Source: Carcharhinus longimanus (taxonomy: Eukaryota). Taken from it: DNA of 64,000 nt. The stretch lies in NCBI GenBank assembly GCA_030264375.1, contig JASCQW010000001.1, positions 126,162,734-126,226,733 on the forward strand. The letters are read 5' to 3'. The position numbers and the translations under genes are program-made. The first letter of the stretch is position 1. Each line of letters begins with the position of its first letter. Of the stretch, positions 1-11,390 are shown piece after piece. The notes below the pieces were generated by a model, which did no database searches, had not been told where the DNA came from, and worked only from the letters and a program-made list of their open reading frames with translations.

Positions 1-107
1 ATGGAAAGGGTTTGGTTTAGGTTAGAGGGTCATTGCTTTTTAACTGGTCGGTGCAACATCGTGGGCCGAAGGGCCTGCTCTGCACTGTAATATTCTATGT
101 TCTATGT
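1..107 (+). mobile_element. CR1/HER1 LINE 3' end
   Basis: gtgggccgaagggcctg...ctgta...ttctatgttctatgt, the typical elasmobranch CR1 3' terminus. Confidence 0.85.
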
Positions 108-1224
108 TAGTAGATGTTGATGTTGAAGAATAGTGCATGAGCCTAAAAATCTGTTTCGCACCCAGTGCCAAGCTTCCAGCCTCTTTTTAATAGCGCGGAC
201 TGGTTTGTAGCCAGAAAGAGCACAAGGCTGATTAGCATGAGTTTGATTGCATTTCAATCTCATTAATGTGTTCAGCAAGCCATCCACCCCTTTCTCAGAA
301 TGCACCCACCTCTCCGGGGTGACATCACATGGGAATGAATCACAGCTAGTCCTTAAAGAGTGGTTTAGGTGCAGCAGTTATGAAGGCGAAGAGGTGAATT
401 CTATTTAGCACCAACCTCCAGAGTGCAAGAGGATAGGTCAGCTGCTGCCATAGTGTGGGGTTGGGCAGGGGGCCCCCATGGGCACAGAGGCTTGTGGGGG
501 GCTTGGGTTGGCCGGGGGCCCTCAGGTTAGGGGTTGCTGCTGGGTTGGGGTCCTGTGGTGAGCATTCTTCCTGCCTGCTGAAAGACTCCCAACTTGTACG
601 CTCCACCCTGCCATCTCGCAGTTGGAAAGGTTCTGTGATTTAGTGCAGACATCCCATCCTAGACCCTACTAACAGTCACAAAGACCTGGCAGCTGTCATC
701 CCAAATCGAGGGAGCTCGGCAGGTGTTAACAAAGCTCTGCACCCTACCTGAACTCAAAGGTACTCCCTACAATGGCCACCAGTCATTTGGAAGTTAGGAG
801 GGCGCTTCCCTACCATTTGTGTGAACTGCATACCATGTTTGGAAGCCACTTTGCACTAAAAGTCCAGGTAGGTACACACAGGCTTATACTGCAAGGGTTC
901 TTCAATGAGGACCTTCTCATAGCTACCCTTATGCTTAATATGAACGCCAATGCACTGAGCTCCAGTCAGCCTCATGCTGTTACCAATGGGCTGTGGTATC
1001 AGGGGACCACATCCGGGGGAGGGTGGGGGGCAGTTCTGCGTTGCACACCAGCTAGCACGCAACTGAAGTGGAGGTGCAGAAGGCATCATGCCACATCAGT
1101 GAAGAGAGGGTACAGCCGTGTGGGATGCCATTAACGACCATGAAGGGCAGTATCCATAGCCGGTGAGGTGATGATGTGGTAATGGTCGGCAGCCGATCAA
1201 AGTAGCATATGGCACCACTAGTAT

Positions 1225-1926
1225 GGCAGCAGTGAAGGTGACACTGCCTTCAACCTGTACTTCACTGGGTCAATCCAGGGTTAGAGTGGGGACCTATATG
1301 GCATCTTCTCACTGTCATAGGCCCACAGGTGCATCTAGGAGGTAATGAGCGCCCTGCATACCCAGGCAGGCCACCATTTTGATCCAGGCCTGGCCCAACA
1401 AGGTGCCTGGGCTGCAGGCTTCGCTGCCATTGCCAGTATTCTGTGGGTGCAGGAGATGATTCCAGGCCCCGTGGAATGAGGGAATGGCATTTTTGAAGGG
1501 GTTCCATTCCCTGAACGTGCAGATCGTGAGCAACCACTTCAATAACATCCTGGTGGTGTGTGTACACTTCCTGAGGAGTGTGTGCACGATAGCTACATCC
1601 TGGGGCACTCAAATATCCTTGGGGTCTTTGAGGACCATAGTTGGCTACTGGGATGTCTCCTGGGGAACAAAGGCTACCCACTAAGGTCTTGGCTGATGAC
1701 ACCAGTGAACAGGCCAGAGATGAAGGCAGAAACCCAATACAACAAGGACCACACTGGCACCCTGTCTGTAAAGGTTCCTCTACCTGGACCATTCTGGTGG
1801 TACTCTGCAGTACAGTCCCCAGAGGGTGGCCTGCACAACATTGTACAGCAGCAGGGCGACATCCTGGAGGAGGGCCAGGCGGATGCTCTTGTGGAGGAGG
1901 CAGACCAGGAGGATGTGGAGGAATAG
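1225..1926 (+). pseudogene. Harbinger DDE transposase (HARBI1-like), frameshifted
   Basis: Motifs across frames: VKVT..FNLYFTGSIQ..GDLYGI, KGFHSLNVQIV, VHDSYIL, LLGNKGYPLRSWLMTPV..YNKDH; stops and frameshifts. Confidence 0.9.
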
Positions 1927-2054
1927 GCCAAGGAAAACCTGGAGGCTGGGGAACTGGCAGTGGCAAGGATCCAGCAAGCCAGGAGGACCAGGGAGGCCCT
2001 CATACCCACAAGGTTCACCAATTAGGAGGCATGATGTTCAGCAGCCATGGTCCC

Positions 2055-3446
2055 CTAAGTCTGGACCACGCTCTGGAATTCCTCCGCAATCAGCCATTGC
2101 GTCTTGAGCATCATCCCAGGGCCCTTAGGCAAGGTCCTCAGCGACTTGGTCATGTCCTGGACCCTGCCACCAATGGTTAACATTTCCTGTCCCACCCTTT
2201 CCAGCACGCTTGTCACCCTTGTAGTGTTGGCCTGGGTACCACACAATGCCAACATTATCTTCTGCTTTTGGGACTCCTTCAAACAGTCTCGCAGATGCTG
2301 GAATGTCTCTGACACACTCTTCACGCAGTCCCCTGTTCTGCTTCTGCATCCTCAGCAACTCTGAGAACTTTTCTAGCAGCCTAACATTTAGCTGGGAGCT
2401 TGCTGTGTCCTTGGATCTGGTAGGCCTCCGCCTGCCTGATCACTCAGATGTTCCTGCCTCCATCTGATATCTTTCGGCAGCTGTGTGGTGCTCACCAGAA
2501 AGTGATCCTGAAGGCTGTCTGCTAATTCCACACACCAAGGTGTGTGTCTCTGTGCTGGTACGTGGTGTGGGTGATGGCTTTGATGCCTGGTCATTGGCTT
2601 TGTCAGAACTTTCCTCCAAAGTGCTGGCGGGGTGGAGGGGGTTCTGCAGAGATGCGGTTTGGGGGGGGAGGTGGGGGTTGGTCAACTCTTGAGGGCCCAG
2701 CCACATCTAGTGTTGCTCCTGCAATAGAAGACACATACATAATGTGCTAGGGAGGGATGAGTATCTGGGCAAGTCGGCACTTACTTGGAGAAAGGTCGAA
2801 ATGTTTGAAGTTTTTGTAGATGCTCACTTCTGTGGCACACATTGACATCACAGTTTCTCACAGACGTCTCAGGATTCCCTATACGATCCATCACTCGCTC
2901 CTCAAAGGGAGCCAAGAGCCACAATTTGTGGGTTGCACTGCCTGTTTTTTCCTGTTCCTTTTGGTTATGTATCATCTTCTCCTGCGGAGACATAAGGAGA
3001 TGATTGAGAATTTGTTGGCTGGCAGGCCTGGGGGAATGGATGGCATGGCTCATCACTGTGCTTTAGGTTGGGGTTGTGATGCCGAGGGATTTGAGGAGGA
3101 TGTTAGATGGTCGAGAGCTGGACATTCGCAGAGCGTCAGGGAATGGATTATGTGGACATTCCAGGTGTGACAGACAGGACTACTGACATGACGAGACGGA
3201 CGGACAGTCACTATTGCAGCCCAAATATGGTTGTTCGTTTTCTTCCTTCATTGGGAGCCAGTCCTGCATGTCGGGCTGTGGGCACTGACTGCTGCAGCCA
3301 CCGCATGCCAGACCACAATGGACTCCTTGCTCTAGGGTCATCTTTCCCTCCCCAGGATACAGGATTGCCGGGCTCTCCTCCATGTCTTCCAGCAGCTGTC
3401 TGAGCTGTTCACCTGTAAACCATGGGGCTGGGCTGCATGCTGACAT
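2055..3446 (-). pseudogene. Harbinger Myb/SANT-like DNA-binding gene, 3 exons, decayed
   Basis: Exon 1 PAPWFTGEQLRQLLEDMEE..ILYP; exon 2 2981-2785 (ccgcag|EKMIHNQKEQEKTG..LAPFEER|gtaagt); exon 3 from 2718 (ttgcag|). Confidence 0.8.
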
Positions 3447-3743
3447 CTTTCTGGCATCACTGGCTATGAGTACAGGTGGAGCATTTAAAAGCAGCTGTCC
3501 CTTGTTAACGGAGCACAGCTGCGGCCACCTTGGGCAAGTCAGAGGCTTGGAGACTCCTTTACAGAGTTGTTCACATGACGGTTCTTTCTGTGCACTACAT
3601 GTCGGTGGATTGTGGTGTGGAGTGTGTCAAAGAGACTGGCAGGGACCACTCAATTATTCTCGCCATTATGATATTTCAATCATTTTTGGGAGAATTCCAC
3701 CCTATATATTTCAAAAATGAATGGGCAGATTTAAAACAAAAAC

Positions 3744-3985
3744 CTGGTACACAGATAAGGTATGTTCCAAGAAAGAACTGGTTAAGTTCTGGCCAGTATG
3801 GGAATCCAGACCCTGGAATTTTTGAAAGAATCCAGTAACATTGAGCGACAGGATGAATTGATTCTTTAGAATGATGCAAATTGTTTTGAACTGTTGAGAT
3901 GTTGAGAACTCTTTTGTTGGTATCCACCAGTTTGTAATGATAAGATCTGGTTTTATAAGTTCATTGAAGTGGTTAAGGATAGAAC
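3744..3985 (-). other. Candidate coding exon, unidentified gene
   Basis: ttttttgttaag| acceptor, 80 open codons (SILNHFNELIKPDLIITNWWIP...LEHTLSVYQ), weak CAG|gttttt donor. Confidence 0.35.
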
Positions 3986-4127
3986 CTTAACAAAAAAATC
4001 AGGACTTTTACATTCTTCACAGCTTTGCTTTAGCATCAGCAGAAGAAAACAAAAACAATGTTATAATTAAAGTGGCTGCTCATGCGTGACACAAATTTGA
4101 AAGTTCAGTAAAATTTGCCAGCTTTAC

Positions 4128-4253
4128 TTGATGACTGTAGAAAAAGAATTTCCTTATCATTCGAGAAGTAGCGCAAATGACTGCACATAATTTCTTTCGG
4201 ACCATAGTGAGTTGTTGAATCAGGGACTTTCTGTTTCTGGTATCCTAGACTTT
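4128..4253 (-). other. Candidate coding exon, unidentified gene
   Basis: Polypyrimidine acceptor tcttttcctttctcactag|, 126 nt open phase 1-1, |gtaaag donor; in frame with 3744-3985. Confidence 0.35.
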
Positions 4254-4627
4254 CTAGTGAGAAAGGAAAAGAGTGATGTCTATTCCTCATTACCCTGAGT
4301 AGACTGTTTGTAATCTCATTCTTTCACATCATTACTCAGACAATAAAACTGACTCCAGTGGTAATCAACCTTGCAGCACATTCACAATAAATTTAGAATT
4401 AGTTGCCCATTTTTTTTAAAGAGAACCATTAAGTTCGTAATACTTATTTTTTTTAATAAAGCCCACACAAGCTATCAAAGGGGATATTGTCAAAGTAACT
4501 TTTCAATGGTGACTAACTTAATAGCACATAACAGTGCATTTTGCTTAGTCTGTTTTTTGAATGAGGAGTAGTATTCAAATTTTAGAAGTTCATAAAACCA
4601 GCAAACTCTGCTTAGTGCACAGATCAC

Positions 4628-4947
4628 CATAGAATCCCTACAGTGCAGAAGTAGGCCACTTGGCCCACAAGCCCTGAACGGTAACGATCCCACCCAGGAC
4701 CTATCTCCGTAACCCTACATATTTATCCTGCGAATCCCACGACACTAAGGGGCAATTTAGAATGGCCAATCCACCTAACCTGCATATTTTTGTATTGTAA
4801 GAGGAAATAGGGGTACCCTCAGGAAACCCACACAGGCATGGGAAAAATATGCAAACTCCACACAGACAGCCTCCTAAGACTAGAATTGAACCCAGGTCCT
4901 TGGTGCTGTGAGGCAGCAGTGCTAACCATTGTGCCACCAGGCCACCC
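4628..4947 (-). mobile_element. HE1-type SINE
   Basis: tRNA-like head ggtggcacaatggttagcactgctgcctcacag with B box, CR1-like tail gggattctatg. Confidence 0.9.
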
Positions 4948-5744
4948 TAAAGTTAAAAAAAAATATTCTATTTCATAAGAATGTTCTTCCTTTTGGCTAA
5001 ATTAATCTATCTATCTATCTGTATAATTAAAAGTCAATGTCCAGAAGTTGTTCATCTCATCTTAAGTTTAAAGACATCACACTTGAAAATGTTATACCCT
5101 CTAAGGACAAAAATTAGTTACGTACTGAAATCAAGAATTATCTACTAAATTACCACTGGAACATCCAATTCACTGAACTCAAATGAATCAAAGGAAGTTC
5201 AATTAAGTTAATATCTACCAGAAGCGAATGAACAAGAAGCAAATCACTGAGTAATGTAATTGTTCAATTTGCTTTTATCGCTACCAATATAAAATTGGCA
5301 CCTAGCAGGAACTAGGCAATCAAATTGATAAAATAATTTCTTGAATTGCTTTGAGGCACCATTTAGAAATTAACACTTTCAACTGCAATACGAGCAGCCT
5401 CCATTTGTAGAAAATAACTAGCACTGACCTGACCTAAAATGTCAGTGATCTGACTTGTTTCAAGCTTCCATGCTCTTTCCAGTATTAAGGAATACAAATT
5501 AAATACTCAGCAAGTATATATAACTTCTGTCACAGTTTATTTCATTATAGCTAGCACATTGATTATTTTTCTTGGTGTTCTTTTTGAAGTCCTTTCGGGA
5601 CCCTCCTTCATCCTCATTTATCATTTCTAAAAACATGACATTCTTTGAAATCCTTGCACTTTTACATGTATTCTTCCACTCTCCTTCAATGCTGTTCATT
5701 TTCATAAAGTTGCAGTAACTAGGACAATCCTAACCTTTTTGAAT

Positions 5745-5935
5745 CCTGAAATAAAAATCGAAACTGCTGGGAGAACGGGTCTAAAAGCATCTATGGAGAC
5801 AGAAACAAAGTTAATGTTTCAAGTCATATTGGGATCAAAATGATAACTCTGTTACTCTCGGCACCTGAGCTTTTCCAGCACTTTTTGCTTTTATTTCTGA
5901 TCTCTAGCATCCACAATATTTTAGTTTTTTTTTTC
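5745..5935. mobile_element. Short inverted-repeat element, Penelope-terminus-like
   Basis: Arms ctgaaataaaaatcgaaactgctgg / ccagcactttttgcttttatttctg; related pieces at 25200-25285 and 26340-26425. Confidence 0.55.
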
Positions 5936-6214
5936 TGAATACTGTTAAATTTGGCAGAAGCCAGCAGGTTTTTATTTTCCATTTTACTTTCTTCAGTTTT
6001 GAACTCAGGGACTCTTAAGGAAACCCAGAAAATACTTCTCATCTCATTTTCCATCCTGTTGTGTCCCCTCGTGCTATGTTAAATGATTCCATATCAAACA
6101 ATTTAACTCTGCTTTCTTTGTCCTCTGTATTTTACATATTATATTCCTACCAATGGCATTTTCATAGTTTTCACAACATTGAACATTTAATGTAATGCAC
6201 ACAGTGATACACAC

Positions 6215-6500
6215 AGATGCAGTTCAAAGCAGTGTTATCAAACACAATCTAACACTGAGTCACATCAGCAGATATTAGGAACAGGTGACCAAAAGCTTGG
6301 CCATAGTGGAAGCTTTAAGTCAAATTGTAAAGGAGGAGAGGAAGATGGAGATATTTAGGGAATGAATTCCAAAGCTCAGGAATTTGGGAGCTAAATGTGA
6401 AACAATTGAAATCAGATATGGGAAAGAGGCTGGAATTAGAGGAACACATATCTCTGAGAGCTGCAGAAGTGGAAGAAATGTTAGAGAGGGATGAGATCAT
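6215..6500 (-). mobile_element. L2 LINE 3' fragment
   Basis: Similar to the L2 copy at 35065-35830 (gatattagg..gaccaaaagcttgg, gaattccaaagct, gaattagagga). Confidence 0.6.
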
Positions 6501-6599
6501 TTCCCAGGGAATCCCAAGACCCTTAGTGAATCCAAGTCAAATTTACTGAGATAGCACAGGACTCACAAGTTTACAACCCTACATGTGGCCATTCGGCAC

Positions 6600-6877
6600 A
6601 CCCTACAGATTTGTAGTAAATCTGAGGCGATTCGTTGTACCTTTAAGCAACCATTGGTTTATTAACAAGAATATCTATATATCTCCAATCAAGGGTCTGA
6701 CAGAACTTCAATACACATCCAATCTCTTCTCCTCACTGATTCCACTGAGGATCCTCCCCATCCCAGAATGCATGCCCTTGCTCCTGATTTGCTTAGTGCT
6801 GTATGGCCTCTCCATAGGTTCAAACCTGATCACATGGCACTCAGAAATCGTCCCCTTAAAAGCAGCCACGCAACTAC
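6600..6877 (-). mobile_element. Solo LTR-like fragment
   Basis: Minus strand starts tgtagt..gcttttaagggg with a downstream aataaa; resembles 12990-13239. Confidence 0.4.
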
Positions 6878-7602
6878 ACCAGCTGTTTGAAATGAGCTGA
6901 CCTATTATTCCCAATCCCCTCCAAGGTTATGCTCTGCGTCCTTCAGTTTCCTCCAGATTCTCCAGTAAGGCAAAAGGTTTGGGAAAGGAAGAGTAAGCTG
7001 TTGAACAGATACCTTTGTGAGATGGTGGTACCATTTGTATTTTTCATTCAGAACCAGAGATTCTTTTTGGAAACTAACAATTTGAGGGATGTATTCTCTA
7101 TGGCCTGGTGTGGGGTCTAGTGTGCTTGGAGGGATCAGCTGACAGGGAACTTTGGAACTGTGGTTTCAAACGCTGTCTGCCACTGGGGGTTTTCCTCAAC
7201 TATTCTTTGGGTTTGCTGTTATTTTTATGATTCATTCTCAGGATGATGTGTTGCTGGCTAGCCAGCATTTAGTTGCTGTTTGATAGAAGTGAGTGCTTTG
7301 TCAGGAAAGATGGCTACTTACCAAAAGGCCACTGGGGCTGTGTCTCAGAGGGAGGTGGGTCTGGGAGCACAGTGTGTGTGCAATGCTGGGAAGGGCAGCA
7401 TGAGAAAATCAATTAAAAAATAAATGTTACAGCAAGAGAGGGAACTCTCTTCATGTTACTGTTCATGATCCACACAAGCCTCCAGCCACCCCAACTTCAT
7501 CTCCATGTGGAAAGTCCCACATTCTCAGCATTCTCTAGATGAAGAGGTTTCTCCTGCCTTCCCCATTGAGTTTGTTGGGGATTGTCTTACATTTAAGGTT
7601 GC

Positions 7603-7873
7603 CTAGTTCTGATCTTCCCCACAACTGGGAACAACTTTGTTACTTCTACCTTTTGAACAACTTGAATCATTTGAGCGCATTACATTGCCCCCACACCCTG
7701 TTAACTCTCCTGTGGTGTCAGAACAGTGAGGATATCTCATCTTCCATCTCATTCTGTTCAACGTTACTCCATTCCAGTCCTGCATCACAACAGCCTCCTG
7801 AAAGAAGTAACTCATTGTCTGTCCTTTGGGAAACCCTGAAAGGGTGATAGGTTCTCTGGAAATGAAAATCCAT
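7603..7873 (-). pseudogene. Short intronless orphan ORF remnant (acidic middle, basic tail ending SNKVVP)
   Basis: Kozak gacaATGG at 7873; MDFHFQRTYHPFRV..EQNEMEDEISSLF* continuing ..FKLFKR, and RSNKVVPSCGEDQN* in an adjacent frame. Confidence 0.35.
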
Positions 7874-7972
7874 TGTCTTTTCTCTTTTGCGCTGTAATAA
7901 CACAGAGCCCCTGTTATCACTTTGGTCTTTGTTTCCTGACTTGTGTCTCTAAATTGGGAAATTCTGGAAGCT

Positions 7973-8087
7973 GGTGACATCACACTGTTGGGGATGAGGC
8001 TATTGTGACATAGTCCTGTGATGTCACAGTACCACCGTGTTTGTGACATCATCCTGCTTACCCGTTTCCATAGTGGCCAAGTTTAAA
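7973..8087. promoter_or_regulatory. Candidate bidirectional promoter: CRE-like sites, X-box-like site, TATA-like site
   Basis: TGACATCA 7975-7982 and 8044-8051, TGATGTCA 8019-8026, TGACA 8006-8010, GTTTCCATAGTGGC 8064-8077, TTTAAA 8082-8087. Confidence 0.5.
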
Positions 8088-8100
8088 TGCCGTTGACAGA

Positions 8101-9146
8101 ATGTTTACCATTGATTTGGTGTTCTACCTGCCAACTGTTGTTATGCAAAACAGAGTCAACATGATCATCACAACGTGGATCATTTATTGTTGGGGATTTG
8201 AAAGATTACATGGACCAATGCGTTCCATTCTCACCACAACAATGGTGAATGAAGTGGAAATGCTGATTAATAATGAAAATTATCAAGGAGGAAAGCAGCT
8301 GCAATTTATCACCACAGATTCCTCAGATGTCATTGTGTTGGCTCAACCAGCCCTAAATAATGAGAAGATTGAAGATCTCACTGAAGAATCTGGACTTGGA
8401 GAAGAAGAGGAGCTGAGTCTACACAATCTGTTGATGGACATTAAAAAATCAGCTGCCTTGGAGGATGGAGAGCCTGGAAGATTTCATTCAGTGTGGCAAA
8501 AAGAACCGAGAACGCCAACCAGAAAACACGGAAGGTGTGAGGCACGATAGGATGCTGGGGTGGTTGCCCATAGCAGCTCAATCACCACTGGAGACTCTGG
8601 ATGCGATTATGAGTCTGACTGATGCTGAAGGTCGATTAGAAATGGATGACCTCAGTCTGTGGAATAAAAACATCCATTGGGGAAATCTCCTCCATTGACC
8701 AGAAACCAGATCTAATGGAGGAACACGGTTCATGGATGAGTGACGTTGAGGCATTCTCAATCAACAGTGACATCACAGAGAATGTAAACGGACGTTTCCT
8801 CGATGACACAGATTGGGAAAGCATCAATCTGGAAAGTGACTTGGATACAGACAGCAGTGGTTCCATCTGGATTGCATTGAGGCCTTACATGTGTCCCAGT
8901 GAGAATGAGCAGCCAATCACAGTCTCTCCATCAGCAAGGACATCATTTATAAAGAAATCTATACAACGACTCAAATCCTGGATGGATAGAAGATCATCAT
9001 ATCAGAGAGAACAAGGACAGGGGAAGAGACAGGTCCCTGCAACAACTGTGCACTTCCTGCAGTGCTCCACTGTGCACCTGAAAAACTGGAAGTCAAGGAT
9101 TGAAGACAAGTTACCCAGATGCCTGGGAAAACTTCCACCCGTTTAA
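8101..9146 (+). pseudogene. Intronless orphan ORF split by two frameshifts (acidic protein, basic C-terminus)
   Basis: Overlapping ORFs 8101-8550, 8465-8698 and 8646-9146 tile 1 kb with consistent D/E/S-rich composition; Kozak acaacaATGG at 8242; no TE similarity recognised. Confidence 0.5.
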
Positions 9147-9369
9147 AGAAACACCGGCCCAGACTGGAAAGGCTGAAAGTCCAACAGACGAAGTTAGCAT
9201 TATATTTCATTTTCAATGTTTCTGCTTTGCTATAAACAATGTATTGTGCTTGTGCAAGGACAATTCACCTCGTGCCAATATGCTGCTTTGCCCTGTAGCC
9301 TTGCACATTCTTGCTCTTCAGATGATCATCCAATTCTCATTCGAAAGCCACAAGTGATTCTGTCCCCAC

Positions 9370-9660
9370 CACCATTCAGACGCAGTATTCCAGCTCCTAA
9401 CTACTGGCTGTGAAAAAGATTTTCCTAATGTTCCAGATGCATCTTTTATCAATCACCTTAAATCAGCGTCCTCTGGTTCACAATCACTTCACTAACAGGA
9501 ACAGCTTCTCCCTATCAGCTCCTTCCTATTTCCTTCATGATTAAATCACCTCTCAACTTTATCTTTGACAAGGAAGAGCAACACAAATTCTCCAATCTAC
9601 CAACGTAACTGAACGTCCTCATCCTTGGACCCTGGGTCCCTGCCTCCACCACCCTTTCAG
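9370..9660 (-). mobile_element. CR1 LINE 3' fragments
   Basis: Reverse frame YVGRLENLCCSSLSKIKLRGDLI, ELPERVVEAG. Confidence 0.7.
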
Positions 9661-9665
9661 GCAAT

Positions 9666-9880
9666 TCAAGATGGCGCTGGAATGCAGTGGCTGTTTGCGA
9701 GCTGTCCCCAGCATACCACAAATTCTATCTTTTACTCTTGTCCTATTTAAAACTGTATTCTACTACATTCTGTACCCTCTCCTTTCCTTCTCCATAAACT
9801 GTATGCTATGAACAGCACGCAAGAAACAATGCTTTTCCCTTCTTCTAATATATGCGACTATAATAAACCAAATCAAATCC
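9666..9880 (+). mobile_element. Short Rex1/Babar-derived element
   Basis: Starts caagatggcg; second half matches the 3' UTR and aatcaaatc tail of the Rex1 copy at 34515-35060. Confidence 0.6.
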
Positions 9881-9920
9881 TCTCAGTTCCAGACTCAAAC
9901 CAACCTTTGGGTGAAAATGT

Positions 9921-10382
9921 TGGGGGTGATTCTCCCAATCTGCTGCGCTTTTTTAGCTCAACGGGCCAGGGGATTCTGGCTGTGGCCGATTTGCACAATC
10001 CGCATTGGGCGTGCAGGCCTCTGCGTGTCTGCCATTCTGACACCATCAGCTCTGCATTGGAAATCAGTGTGGAGCTGCCTAATACATGCATCCTCTCATT
10101 TAAATGTTATTTGAATATCATTAGCAGGCCTGGGATAAAAGTCTCTGAGCCTGCGAGCCTCTTCTCTGTCCCTCGCCAGGAGTGGTTCACCCCAGCAGGG
10201 TTTACCCAGCTGTGAGGAGCTGGTGGCCCAATCCGGCTGCAGTGAAGGACAGGCAATCAAGGCCTCCCTGGAGGGTCGGGTGCTGGGGATTGCCCTCTTG
10301 ACATTGGCACCTTGGCGGTGCCAGCCTGTGCCCCTTGGCACTGCCCAAGGGGCAAAGTGGCAATGCCTGGGGAACGCTACCC
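9921..10382. mobile_element. Harbinger-type MITE fragment
   Basis: Starts gggggtgattctccc (TIR-like); internal motifs shared with 52044-53273. Confidence 0.55.
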
Positions 10383-11197
10383 AAAATACTTCACCTTGAA
10401 AGAGGATTCAGTATTCTGTTACAGTTTTTCTGCCAATCCTTGATTTCAATTTATTCATGATGGATTTTTTCCTCAAACCCTAAAATTGACGCAGCTCCTG
10501 TTAAATGTTTTTAATCTAGATTGTTTCTTGTTCTTTTCCAGTGCTTACCTAACTCTTATACATTCTAATTTTTATTGTTCCCTAAATGTTATCGAGACCA
10601 GCAGGAAGGATAAAAGAACAGTGACAGCGGTGACTGTGAGAGCAGCAGTGAGGATAAAGGAGCGGTGAGAGCAGCGGTGAGGATAAACTGGTGATGACAG
10701 CAGTGAAATGGAGAAGAAAATCATCAGGGAGCTGGTGCAGTGTTTCAGAGCCCACAAACCACAATGAGATAAACAAATCCTGATGTCGCCTCGGACTTCA
10801 CAATAAACAACCAGTAAAGACAGTCACTTGAGCTGCCCAGTAACAGCCTCAGAGTTCCTCATCTCCCTGTGTGAATCATCACATGGAAGAGCAGCCGGCA
10901 TCATTTGCTGAGAGTAGCAATCCAGAGAATGCACTCAGCAGCTTCACCTGTGGAGGAAGCTAAACATTAAAACCAATTTTTCTATCAAGTCAAAGATACA
11001 CTTGGACTAACTGGAATGTTTTACTGACATAATATATACACTGTGTAAAATAAGAAATGTGAAGTTTATGTCGTTCTTTCAGAGAGCAATCTTATCGGTC
11101 GATCAGCATGGTGAGCCGGTAAAATAGCAGCGCAGCAAAAAACCGGCTTTGCGTCCATTTCCGGCCTGCATGCTGAGTTATTGGCACTATTCTATTG

Positions 11198-11390
11198 GTG
11201 GGTTTGCACATTCTCCTCACGTCCGCATGGGTTTCCTTTGGGTGCTTTGGTTTCTTCCCTCAGTTTGAATGAGGTGCTCGTTGGGAGCATTGACCTGAAC
11301 AGGCACCGGAGTGTAGCGACTACAGAAACTTCATTGCAGTGTTAATGTAAGCCTTGCTTGTGACTAATCAATAAATTTTACTTTACTTTA
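11198..11390 (+). mobile_element. HE1-related SINE, alternative tail, 5'-truncated
   Basis: HE1 core followed by ttcattgcagtgttaatgtaagcc..tgtgac..aataaa tail. Confidence 0.75.

Larger units (their letters stand above)
108..3702. mobile_element. Decayed PIF/Harbinger DNA transposon (convergent transposase and Myb/SANT genes)
   Basis: Contains both Harbinger genes tail-to-tail. Right end gggagaattccaccc is a GGG-starting TIR. Left end is cut by the CR1 copy. Confidence 0.85.

Noticed and set aside
1225-1926. Domesticated HARBI1 gene
   Set aside because: Multiple stops and frameshifts, and it lies inside a TIR-bounded element with its SANT partner
1262-2180. Pro-rich 234-aa (-) and Gly-rich 179-aa (+) ORFs
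   Set aside because: Shadow frames of the GC-rich Harbinger transposase
10395-10497. Minus-strand exon-like segment (GAASILGFEEKIHHE*IEIKDWQKNCNRILNPLS)
   Set aside because: Contains a stop, and another frame looks equally protein-like; kept only as weak context for the pseudogene idea
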